From positions 1-64,000 of IMG/VR virus record IMGVR_UViG_3300045243_000070: a DNA stretch of 64,000 nt; one strand, written 5' to 3'. The position numbers were made by a program, and so were the translations under genes. Each line of letters starts with the position of its first letter. Position 1 is the stretch's first letter. This document shows positions 38,431 through 46,661 of the stretch, piece after piece. The notes beneath the pieces are model-generated. The model saw only the letters and a list, made by a program, of their open reading frames with translations, was not told the origin of the DNA and searched no databases. The DNA comes from a virus.

Positions 38431-39563
38431 GCATTTTCTTTTCTAAGGTCTGTGCTAGAAACATGCTCGTATTTTCGTGGTTCCAGAACCCACTCCCCAG
38501 GCAAGACCGTATCTCCTGTACCCCACAGACCTAAGGCCTTGCCGTTACTTCTTGGGAAGATGTAAAAATAGTTTCTGTTACCAGTGAACATCGAGCAAAC
38601 ATACTCAATGGACCCAGCATACTTAGGGTTCAGGATTCTCTCGTAGGTGTCATAACCAATGATGAACTTTGCATCATGAAACAGTCTGGACTTCTCTACG
38701 AATGTCGGTGCATTGGTTATCAGCATAGGCATGCCATTTTGAACCAGTCTGTCTCTAATTGAGATAAAGTCAACCGCAGGCTTGTCAACGTTGGCAATAC
38801 TTATTTCTTGAATAACTTTGCAACCCCTACGAGCAACTATTTCCATCATCTCACGATGTCCGCTATGCGTGGGATTAAAGCTTCCTGGGAATATGGCTGT
38901 ACGGCTGTCCACGTAGTTTGAGAGGTCGAGGGTATCGGTTCCGACAAAACCTTGAAACTTTATTTCCCCACTTAAGATTTTACCAAGCTTCTCGTTCTCG
39001 AACCAATCGTATTCTATGGACTGCATTACAGGCGTATCCAACCTAACCTGTAATTCAAGGTCGTGACCATTGGCGAGTTCGTTTAGAATAAGATTAGTAG
39101 CTATCTCTTCTTCCCAAATTCTAACAACCTCTGCGTTTTGATCTTTCGTACCTTTAATCTTAAAACTCATGGTGTGGGTCATATTTTTAGTCTGAAGAGC
39201 GACATAGATAGCATGCTCACGTCCCTCACGCTCAGAAGGTACACGTTGTAGGCTTGCTGTACAGGCCACACCTATGACCTCATAGTCCCCATCACGAAGC
39301 TGGAGGGCTTTTTGATAAGCCACCATAGCTAATGACCGAGCCACTTCACCGCTCACCATCTTTTCGGGAACTTTTCCCAAAAGAGTGGAGGTTTCTTTAG
39401 TGCTGTATGGGACGTACCCAGCCAGCAAAGTATTGGACCCATTACCACGGTTGAGGAGAGCCTGGAAAACTCCAGACCCTCCACCAGTCGTGATTATGAC
39501 GGCCTTATGAGTAGCTAACCCATTAAGTGTGTCGACTACTTCTTCCTGAGTCCTGATACCCAT
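38427..39563 (-). CDS. CinA/PncC-like domain fused to NMN/NaMN adenylyltransferase
   Basis: TTGGG..VPYS..VSGEVARSLA N-domain; FPGSFNPTHSGH (HxGH) and SSTDLR C-domain. Confidence 0.85.
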   Translation of the reverse strand: MGIRTQEEVVDTLNGLATHKAVIITTGGGSGVFQALLNRGNGSNTLLAGYVPYSTKETSTLLGKVPEKMVSGEVARSLAMVAYQKALQLRDGDYEVIGVACTASLQRVPSEREGREHAIYVALQTKNMTHTMSFKIKGTKDQNAEVVRIWEEEIATNLILNELANGHDLELQVRLDTPVMQSIEYDWFENEKLGKILSGEIKFQGFVGTDTLDLSNYVDSRTAIFPGSFNPTHSGHREMMEIVARRGCKVIQEISIANVDKPAVDFISIRDRLVQNGMPMLITNAPTFVEKSRLFHDAKFIIGYDTYERILNPKYAGSIEYVCSMFTGNRNYFYIFPRSNGKALGLWGTGDTVLPGEWVLEPRKYEHVSSTDLRKENA

Positions 39564-41077
39564 TAGAGACCTTTCTTAGTGACCAACCCGGCGATTTTGT
39601 GATACATCTGAGTCGAAATAGCGTCCCCATGAGCCGGGACAATAGTCATTAAGGTATTGATACGGGCTTTGAGTTCATCAAATGTAAGCCATTTGATATC
39701 CACGGGGCCTTTATCATAAACAACCTGCAACATGTTCTTATCGACTTCTGTTTCCGCAGGATAAACCTTAAGGCTCAAAGTGTCCTTATCGGCTGCGACT
39801 TTCATAATGCCGGGGAGCGAATACTTCCCCTTGTCGTCCGAAGGGCGCTTCATGATGTCAAGAGTCGCTCCAGTATTGTAGGTAATGTGGCTCAGCTTAG
39901 TAGCCATCGAGAGAGTATCCCGGTTTAGTTTCTGAAGCAACCCGGCTCCCATTCCGAAAGCGATATTCTCGGCGCTGAAGCCAGCCTTCTCAGCAGCGTC
40001 CAAGATTTTACCAATCTCGGTGATGGTGATTCCATCACCCTGAATGACCGCAGCGTTGTTGATAACTTTGTATCCCTTTTTATTGAGGACGGTTCCAAAA
40101 GCTTTCTCAGCAGCGTGTAGGCCTTGAAGAACACATTCCACGGGGTCGCCCGAATCTGGTCGAAGAACCCACAGGCCGAACTTCCCAGCAAACTTCTGGG
40201 CCACGGCTGGAACAATCTTATCCAAAAAGTTGGTGTAGTTGTAGCTATCACCAACGGTGGCGAAGATTCCAAGCTTATTGACCAGTTCGTTTTGTCCAAA
40301 CATCTGCATCATGCGTTCCACAGCTTCTTGTTCTGTGGCATAGCTTGTCATGACCGAGTGCTCAGTAGCTGGGATGCTGGTAGCTACGGGACGGCCCTCG
40401 TTCAGGTGGAACTGGGCGTAGTAAGCAGCCGACATAGTGTCCGACCCGCCGAAGTTAAGTAGGTGAGCAACACCGCCGATTACCGCTTGCTCTTGCGAGG
40501 TGCATCCACGATACCCAAAGTCGTGGAGACGGCTGTCGAGCTTCCAGAAGCTCTCAGGGTCAACCGTTTTTTGAAAAAATCCCTCGATGAGGGTTCTGGC
40601 GTGACGGCTGAGGGTAGCCACTGTCGTGGGATACCAAATCATCGTCAGCAAGGTCTCAAGATAGGTGCAAAGATGGGCGTAGGGGGCTTCCGCAGTGATT
40701 TGATAGATAGGAGTATGTGGGTAGATAACCGAACCCTCTTCGAGAGCTTCCACTTTGATTGGGAAGTAACCGTTGTTTTCTTTTATGAATTTCAAGAACA
40801 GGTTTTTGGGGAAGGGATATGGAGTGAAAGCAGCATTGTGGGTTTGGAAGAACTTGTCGGCTTCCTCGACTTCTTCCACAGTCCACTTATGATTCAAAAC
40901 GTTTTCAACGATGTAGCGGATTCCAAAAAACACGATGCGGTCATCGTCAATGCCGGGATAAGCTTTTCGTAGCTCCCCGTAGGCCACCATCTTTTCTGCA
41001 TTCGGGTACATCATGTAATGACCTGCCTTGTAGCTATCCGTCCGAACCGGGAATGGAATATCGTTGATGCTTTTCAT
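39563..41077 (-). CDS. nadV: Nicotinamide phosphoribosyltransferase (NAMPT)
   Basis: TDSYKAGH, LHDFGYRG, PATEHS, RPDSGDP, IQGDG, FGMGAGLLQK. Confidence 0.93.
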   Translation of the reverse strand: MKSINDIPFPVRTDSYKAGHYMMYPNAEKMVAYGELRKAYPGIDDDRIVFFGIRYIVENVLNHKWTVEEVEEADKFFQTHNAAFTPYPFPKNLFLKFIKENNGYFPIKVEALEEGSVIYPHTPIYQITAEAPYAHLCTYLETLLTMIWYPTTVATLSRHARTLIEGFFQKTVDPESFWKLDSRLHDFGYRGCTSQEQAVIGGVAHLLNFGGSDTMSAAYYAQFHLNEGRPVATSIPATEHSVMTSYATEQEAVERMMQMFGQNELVNKLGIFATVGDSYNYTNFLDKIVPAVAQKFAGKFGLWVLRPDSGDPVECVLQGLHAAEKAFGTVLNKKGYKVINNAAVIQGDGITITEIGKILDAAEKAGFSAENIAFGMGAGLLQKLNRDTLSMATKLSHITYNTGATLDIMKRPSDDKGKYSLPGIMKVAADKDTLSLKVYPAETEVDKNMLQVVYDKGPVDIKWLTFDELKARINTLMTIVPAHGDAISTQMYHKIAGLVTKKGL

Positions 41078-41090
41078 CTTACTTCTCCTT

Positions 41091-41582
41091 TTATTTGTTT
41101 AGAAGCTCAACACAATTTAAAATAATCTGATTGTGGTCATCGTGAATCTCTTCTTTTGTGAAGTTCCAGACATCATCTACCTTCACCCAAAAAGCCCTCG
41201 TTGCATCGTCCCCGCCGTTTAACTCAAACATGTTATCAACTACGAAAACATGGGCAGTGGTTATCTTCCTATTCCCAACCGTTGTTCTGGATGGGTCATC
41301 AAAGTGAAGATACCCAATATACTTTGATGAAGTAACAGATAGGGATTTTCTCAATGAAACCCCAGCCTCTTCCTCCAACTCCCTATGAGCTGCCATGAGT
41401 GACGTTTCATCGTACTCGACAAACCCGCCGGGCAAAGCGTACTTCTTGTTATCCCCTCTTTCAATCATTGCGACCACAAGCCCGTGTGTTGGGTCTTTGC
41501 AGAAAACCACAGCATCTGCACAGACCATAATGACAGGGTACTTCTCACCGGGCTTGAACTCGTAGGTTATTAAATCTTTCAT
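41091..41582 (-). CDS. Nudix hydrolase, ADP-ribose pyrophosphatase-like
   Basis: ALPGGFVEYDETSLMAAHRELEEEAG, GGDDA, DHNQI. Confidence 0.88.
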   Translation of the reverse strand: MKDLITYEFKPGEKYPVIMVCADAVVFCKDPTHGLVVAMIERGDNKKYALPGGFVEYDETSLMAAHRELEEEAGVSLRKSLSVTSSKYIGYLHFDDPSRTTVGNRKITTAHVFVVDNMFELNGGDDATRAFWVKVDDVWNFTKEEIHDDHNQIILNCVELLNK

Positions 41583-41848
41583 GGTTTTCCCTGTAAGTAT
41601 TTCAGTCGCTCAATGGCTTTGGAACGACTCTTAAAGTACATCAAATCAGTGTCTTTGTCAACGATATTCTTTAAAACCTTAATCTGTTCCTTTTTTGGAA
41701 GAGAATAAGCCCAGCGGTGTAAGGTCTCGAAGACTGCCCGATTAATAAACTCATTTCGGGAAATACCATATTGTTTAGACTTCCGGTTCAATTTCTTAAT
41801 GTCCTTATCACTTAATGTCAGGGAAATTCTTTCGCTTCGCTTGCTCAT
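41579..41848 (-). CDS. Ribbon-helix-helix (CopG-like) DNA-binding protein
   Basis: RISLTLS..L...GISRNEFINRAV. Confidence 0.75.
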   Translation of the reverse strand: MSKRSERISLTLSDKDIKKLNRKSKQYGISRNEFINRAVFETLHRWAYSLPKKEQIKVLKNIVDKDTDLMYFKSRSKAIERLKYLQGKP

Positions 41849-42135
41849 TTATCTAACTTCCCTTTCTTCTTTGCATACCTCATGAATTTGACAACCTTTT
41901 TCTTTTTAGCGTCAATAAGACGGTCATTTACTACAATCATCGGTAATACGCCTTCGTCTTGAAGCATTTCAACTACGGCGAAAAGGTCGTTAAGCTCAAG
42001 AACTATCTTCTCTCTTACGGAAGGCATGCGCTTATATCGGTCTTCGATACCAAAGCTCAGGGCCTTGTGGCACTCTTTTGATACTTCTACACATTCTTCA
42101 GAAAGACGTAAAATGAGATGGTCTTGTTTGTTCAT
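41845..42135 (-). CDS. MazG-like nucleotide pyrophosphohydrolase
   Basis: EECVEV..K...FG..ELNDL. Confidence 0.7.
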   Translation of the reverse strand: MNKQDHLILRLSEECVEVSKECHKALSFGIEDRYKRMPSVREKIVLELNDLFAVVEMLQDEGVLPMIVVNDRLIDAKKKKVVKFMRYAKKKGKLDK

Positions 42136-42704
42136 AATCTATTTAACCACAATTTGTTAAAAATATCAAGATATTCTTTTTCAGCTTCTTCTGGGCTCAA
42201 TGGATTCACCGTTAGAAGTTCCCAATCAAGGTCGTAATCTTTGTCCTCCATGATAGAGCTGGATTTGGGCCAGTAGTTGGGGTATCTTGGCCCCATCAAG
42301 GCTTTGCTTTCGATATCCAGAGCAAGCCTATCATAGAACTTGACCTCTTCAAAATTCGGGATGTTAAGCCCAAACCTCAAAATTATGGTCTTCTCCATCC
42401 TGTCTTCCAGTACGTGGTAGTCTGGAAGAAGTGCCTTGAGAGGAGAAACAACGTCACTTAAATAAGCCTCACTAGCGTCATGAAGGAGACCTACCAACTT
42501 CAAAGGCCCGTCTTCTTGAATAAGCTTGCTAACGAGACTGCAGTGCTGGGCTACCGAATAAAACTTACGGCAAGCCCCGGTGAAACGACATATGTTAGAT
42601 AGCTGGTGAGCAATATCCGGCAGAAGAATATCTTCAACCGCTGGATTTTCTAAATCTAACAATATTCCAGAATAAGTCTGTATGCTTGTCTTTTCATTTT
42701 TCAA
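42132..42704 (-). CDS. HD-domain deoxynucleotidase (YfbR/YfdR-like)
   Basis: DIAHQLSNICRFTG, YSVAQHC, LLHDASEAY; the track's TTG start at 42740 is the -35 box, so the start is likely 42704. Confidence 0.85.
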   Translation of the reverse strand: MKNEKTSIQTYSGILLDLENPAVEDILLPDIAHQLSNICRFTGACRKFYSVAQHCSLVSKLIQEDGPLKLVGLLHDASEAYLSDVVSPLKALLPDYHVLEDRMEKTIILRFGLNIPNFEEVKFYDRLALDIESKALMGPRYPNYWPKSSSIMEDKDYDLDWELLTVNPLSPEEAEKEYLDIFNKLWLNRL

Positions 42705-42711
42705 TTGATAT

Positions 42712-42740
42712 ATCCTATCACACTTAAGACTTAATGTCAA
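42712..42740 (-). promoter_or_regulatory. sigma70-type promoter
   Basis: TTGACA-17-TAGGAT. Confidence 0.75.
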
Positions 42741-43257
42741 CCTTTTTCTTCATTTGTTCAAAGGCCATGTCTAGCCATTTTTTGCATCTAGGGCATAAAT
42801 CGGTAAAATTCATGCAGTAATCTTGAGCAAGACCATCCAAGGGTTCAGTAACTATTTGATATCCACCTTTGTCCAACACCCTATTACAATTGTCGCAAAT
42901 TCTAACCTTGCTCAACCTTTGATACTCAAAAACATGGTGTTCTTTACGAAGCCTTTGGGCACATCGCCGTTAAACATCTTGGCATCGCATGTGACCTCAT
43001 AATAAGGCTTGTCGTGCCACATTGGTTCATCTTTCCAAGTAATCTTTGGGTACTGGGGCCAAGGCCAAACGTAGGGTTTTTCATACCAGTCGTGCTCGTG
43101 TATGATTTTGGTCTCCTTGATGACCTCTTTACCAAAGATTCCTTCGAGAGCATCTTTCAGCTTCTTGGCCTCTTCGATGGTGAGGACAATCTCCCTTTCA
43201 CCTATTTTTACCACCACATTCTTTATGACCACTTCTTGGGCCACCACTTCGTTCTTT

Positions 43258-43623
43258 TTAGTCACGGCTTTTCTCCTTTTCCAGTAAAACTGGGTTTTGC
43301 CACTTATTTCCAACTACTTCACAGTCTCTAAAAAATTCAGAGGGCCACTCAATGTATGGCAGTATCCTTCCATGCCTTTCAACATAAAAGGATGGTGCAT
43401 CATAAGAAACTAGCCCAGTATTGTCACGCTCTCCACACCCAGGACCTTTAATAATGTCATCCTCATAGATTCTTTTTCCGTTTTTATCTTTAAGCCCAGT
43501 ATATTGCATTATATTTTTACCAAAATTTGAACTTGAGCCGTCATCGCTCATAGTTATCTCATAGGATGGGTAAAACATGGTTTTGTTTGTATCATCCCAA
43601 ACTCTAAACCTTATCTCTCTCAT
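43258..43623 (-). CDS. YopX-family protein
   Basis: MREIRFRVWD..MQYTGLKDKNGKRIYEDDI..EVVGN. Confidence 0.88.
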   Translation of the reverse strand: MREIRFRVWDDTNKTMFYPSYEITMSDDGSSSNFGKNIMQYTGLKDKNGKRIYEDDIIKGPGCGERDNTGLVSYDAPSFYVERHGRILPYIEWPSEFFRDCEVVGNKWQNPVLLEKEKSRD

Positions 43624-43892
43624 GCAAGCCTTCCGGTGTTGCTCTTTTGTTTAAGACTATCAACCCTTGTTTTTTCTTTTTCCAAGTTCATAATGAGTCT
43701 TTTCAAATACCACTCTGCCTTTTTAAAGTCTTGGAGTTCGTCATCTTTCTTCCCCGCACGGGACAAATATTTGATGACATTGCCTTGAAGATAACCTTTC
43801 AACCCTTCTGGGGTTAACTTCGCCTCCATAAAGTCAATAACTTCGATTCCACCACTCTTATAGTGGTCTGGGTGGTTAACTAAATCTTTCAT
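43620..43892 (-). CDS. DUF3310 (SaV-like) protein
   Basis: VNHPDHY..GIEVID..GNVIKYLSRAGKK..DFKKAEWYL. Confidence 0.88.
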   Translation of the reverse strand: MKDLVNHPDHYKSGGIEVIDFMEAKLTPEGLKGYLQGNVIKYLSRAGKKDDELQDFKKAEWYLKRLIMNLEKEKTRVDSLKQKSNTGRLA

Positions 43893-44691
43893 GGCAATTA
43901 TTCCTTTTCTACGTCTCTTATAAAAATTATTTTTTCTACTGAGGACTTCCAATTACGTTTAAACTCGTCTAACTGTTCTTGAGTTAGACCCTTTTTCATA
44001 ACCAGAACAGCAGGTTCATTATCATCTTCAAAACAATAACAAATATCTCCAAGTGGATTTTCAGCCAAACACTCGACACAACCGGAACCGTTACTTCCCT
44101 TTGAGAAGTGGTAGTCCTTTTCGTGGTGACAGAACCCACACTTCATATTGAATCAACTTTTTTCTCCGGCTTCTGTATGTACCACGAATGACCGCCGTAC
44201 CCGCTGAAGTAGATTCGACCATCAACGTGCCCGTGATTTCCACTAACTCCTCCATACTTAACATCAAACCCGCAGGAATACTCTTCGCCGATTACTTCAA
44301 AAAACGCCGAATCTTTTCCATTTTCTCGAAGGACTATATCTGTAATCTTGTTTTCTGGGCACTCATCAAGACCCATAGCTCGGTCCATTGAATCCCCGTG
44401 ATCTTTTAGTATTCCACCAATCCACGCTTCTTTACCTTCAACGAACTGGCTCCAAAGTGGGTAAGCCCTACCATTTACTGTTATCAAAAAACACCTCAGT
44501 TATTTATTTTGCTTCCCTTAATTTTCATAAGGTGCTCAGTCAGATGGTCGTTCTCTTCTTTTGAAAACTCGGAGTTTTCCACCTCTTGAAAAACAACTCC
44601 GTGAACGGCTGACATATGCTCCAACACATCAATTTCCTCTAAGAGTTCTTTGCACAGATTGCACTGGTGAGTAGCTTCCATAGGTTCTCCT

Positions 44692-45327
44692 CTATATTTC
44701 AAAGGTAACTGCCGGATTAACTGGTTTGTAGCGAACATCACAACTTGAGGCATTTAAAAACGTAGTGGTTTTTGAGTCATTAAACCATCCAAACTCCATC
44801 CGTCCATAACCTTCGTGTATGTGACCAAATACATTAAACCTTGGTTTAGCCTTAAGGCAACGGTTGAATAGTGACTCACTACCAACATACCCGTCTCTTT
44901 CTACTTTGTCAAGCACTTTTTTTGGCGGACCGTGGGTAATCAGCATATCCAAGTCTTCTGGTATCTTAGAAAATACCTCTACAAGGTCGTGGTCTGGCTT
45001 CATAAAGGCCCAACGTCCATATTCGGGAACCCAAGGGGAGCCATAAAATCTCTTTCCATCTATTTCAATAAACTCGTCTATAAGCAGAGTTGCATGGGTA
45101 AGTTCTTGTTTGCACATCTGGGGAAGTTCTTCACAAATGAAGTCATGGTTGCCTGGGACAAGCAGGATTTTTTTTGCCGGGAGGGTTCCAAGCCATATGT
45201 TGAATTTCATTAGCTCAACTAATGAGCCACCCATAGAAAAATCTCCGCAATGCAAAAGTACGTCACATTCTGGTATATGCAAACTTTCATGTTTATTGTG
45301 CGTGTCACTAATTGCGACAATCCTCAA
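44692..45327 (-). CDS. Calcineurin-like metallophosphoesterase
   Basis: SDTH, GDFS, GNHD, THGPP, GHIHE. Confidence 0.9.
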   Translation of the reverse strand: MRIVAISDTHNKHESLHIPECDVLLHCGDFSMGGSLVELMKFNIWLGTLPAKKILLVPGNHDFICEELPQMCKQELTHATLLIDEFIEIDGKRFYGSPWVPEYGRWAFMKPDHDLVEVFSKIPEDLDMLITHGPPKKVLDKVERDGYVGSESLFNRCLKAKPRFNVFGHIHEGYGRMEFGWFNDSKTTTFLNASSCDVRYKPVNPAVTFEI

Positions 45328-45866
45328 AGTCCGCTCCTATGCCTTACCAGCCTGTCTAGGTAGGCCATAAATTCTTGATATGTTTTATCCAACTTTGCAG
45401 AATTACAGAATCTACAGCAACTAACACAATTTCCTCTTACATATCCCTTAGAACTATCAACCCTATCAATACCATTATATTTAATCTCAACTCTTCTTTT
45501 TTCTGGTCCATAAGTATTGTCTGGCTCACACCCACAATAGTGACAGTTACCTTTTATTAGAGCCACAGTCTCATCTATTGCTAACGAGAAACTCTTTCCC
45601 CTAAGTTTGGCTTGGGCCTTTATGTTACCTGCCTTGGCTCTAAATGAAGCCAATTCTGGGGGATATTTTTTGTTTCCATGACCCCACGTAAAATTTAAAC
45701 ACCCGCAAGACTTTACAAGACCTCTAAGCAGATGAGAAGTCGTAACGTCTCTATTCATTCCGCAAACACACAGACACTTCCAAACAACACCTATTTTATC
45801 TCTTTTCTTTTTCATTACCAATAAACTACCAAATTTTAAACCTTCAAGTTTTGGGGAAACGCTCAT
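45324..45866 (-). CDS. HNH endonuclease
   Basis: WKCLCVCG..SCGC N-domain; CHYCG..GIDRVDS..NCVSCCRFCNSAK. Confidence 0.85.
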   Translation of the reverse strand: MSVSPKLEGLKFGSLLVMKKKRDKIGVVWKCLCVCGMNRDVTTSHLLRGLVKSCGCLNFTWGHGNKKYPPELASFRAKAGNIKAQAKLRGKSFSLAIDETVALIKGNCHYCGCEPDNTYGPEKRRVEIKYNGIDRVDSSKGYVRGNCVSCCRFCNSAKLDKTYQEFMAYLDRLVRHRSGL

Positions 45867-46033
45867 TTTTGTTTCTTTTTGGTATCAATCTTTTGGTTAA
45901 GCTTTGCGCCCTCTTTACGAGCCAATAAAGTTGCTTGTTCTTCCGTTATCAGCCCCTGATTAATTGCTTCAACCAGTAGGTCAACGGTTACGTTTATCTT
46001 TCTAATTTTTTTATTTAATATTTCTTTTTTCAT
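45863..46033 (-). CDS. 56-aa basic hypothetical protein
   Basis: ATG 46033; TGA overlaps HNH ATG. Confidence 0.6.
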   Translation of the reverse strand: MKKEILNKKIRKINVTVDLLVEAINQGLITEEQATLLARKEGAKLNQKIDTKKKQK

Positions 46034-46051
46034 TTTAAATTTCTTTCTATA

Positions 46052-46226
46052 ATGTTTTACGTCTAAACACCAAGTAAGAGTCCATCGGTTTGCACACCTA
46101 GACCAGGAGGTCCGACCCTCTTAAGTTCCCATAAACTGGACTTAGGCCCAGTCAGCGTCAGGTCTTGCAAGTTTCCCTCCGCTTTATGAGTCACCTACTT
46201 ACATACAGTGCTTAGACATCAAACAT
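46052..46226 (-). ncRNA. Unassigned multi-branched structured RNA (element C)
   Basis: About 20-bp closing helix with G-U pairs plus several internal helices; no ORF. Confidence 0.7.
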
Positions 46227-46228
46227 CT

Positions 46229-46402
46229 TAAGTCACCCAAAACTGGGGTGGGGCTACTGTAGTGCGTTGCCGGGTCTCATGAAAACCCAACCGTGGGACT
46301 CGAACCCACATCTCCAGCCTTTGTGCTGGTGTCCTACCATTAGACGAGAAATGCACTATGAGGCTGCTCCCGCTTTGACCAACCCCATTTTCCGGTGACT
46401 TA
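46229..46402 (-). ncRNA. Structured RNA with tRNA D/anticodon/T arms on a long non-tRNA stem (element B)
   Basis: GTCTAATGGTAGGAC D arm, CCAGC-ACAAAG-GCTGG arm, GTGGG-TTCGAGT-CCCAC T arm; no acceptor stem; outer stem TAAGTCACC/GGTGACTTA. Confidence 0.78.
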
Positions 46403-46413
46403 CTTATGGACAC

Positions 46414-46442
46414 AGTGTACTACAAAACAAACAACTTGTCAA
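46414..46442 (-). promoter_or_regulatory. sigma70-type promoter for elements B and C
   Basis: TTGACA-17-TACACT; +1 a few nt before the outer stem. Confidence 0.82.
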
Positions 46443-46454
46443 GTAAAAAAAGAA

Positions 46455-46546
46455 ACCTGGGGTGGGGATTGCAACCCACTAGTGGAGGGCTATCCCCCAC
46501 ACCTAACAACTGAACGCCCATGTGTGTCTTACCACACCGCCCAGGC
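46455..46546 (-). ncRNA. Non-canonical tRNA-like RNA with long variable arm (element A)
   Basis: Acceptor GCCTGGG/CCCAGGT, D arm GTGT/ACAC, variable hairpin, T stem GTGGG/CCCAC; aberrant anticodon arm and T loop. Confidence 0.72.
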
Positions 46547-46567
46547 TTTCCCTACTAAGGAAATACA

Positions 46568-46596
46568 ACTATACTCCAAAACATTCTTTTTGTCAA
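46568..46596 (-). promoter_or_regulatory. sigma70-type promoter for element A
   Basis: TTGACA-17-TATAGT. Confidence 0.8.
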
Positions 46597-46618
46597 TACA
46601 AAAAACAGACAAAATCCC

Positions 46619-46629
46619 TAAATTTTAGC
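46619..46629 (+). promoter_or_regulatory. Putative late promoter motif
   Basis: TAAATTTTAGC upstream of protease. Confidence 0.6.
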
Positions 46630-46661
46630 CTTTAAGAGGCTCAATTATCAAGGAGACCGTC

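Noticed and set aside
46286-46356. Calling element B a functional tRNA
   Set aside because: Acceptor strands do not pair, anticodon loop is 6 nt without U33, no CCA
46229-46402. Element B as a YrlA-type Y RNA
   Set aside because: Arm order is D-anticodon-T rather than the YrlA permutation; Ro-binding motif only loosely matched (GGUCAAAG); no Ro60 gene in the window; not fully excluded
46455-46546. Element A as tRNA-Sec (UCA) or tRNA-Leu (CAG), from the UUCAG and long variable arm
   Set aside because: No 5-bp stem with a 7-nt loop can be drawn around either triplet; acceptor is 7 bp; no sign of TGA recoding in the window
46228-46628. ORFs 46228..46413 (-) and 46395..46628 (+)
   Set aside because: No RBS; they overlap promoters and base-paired RNA elements
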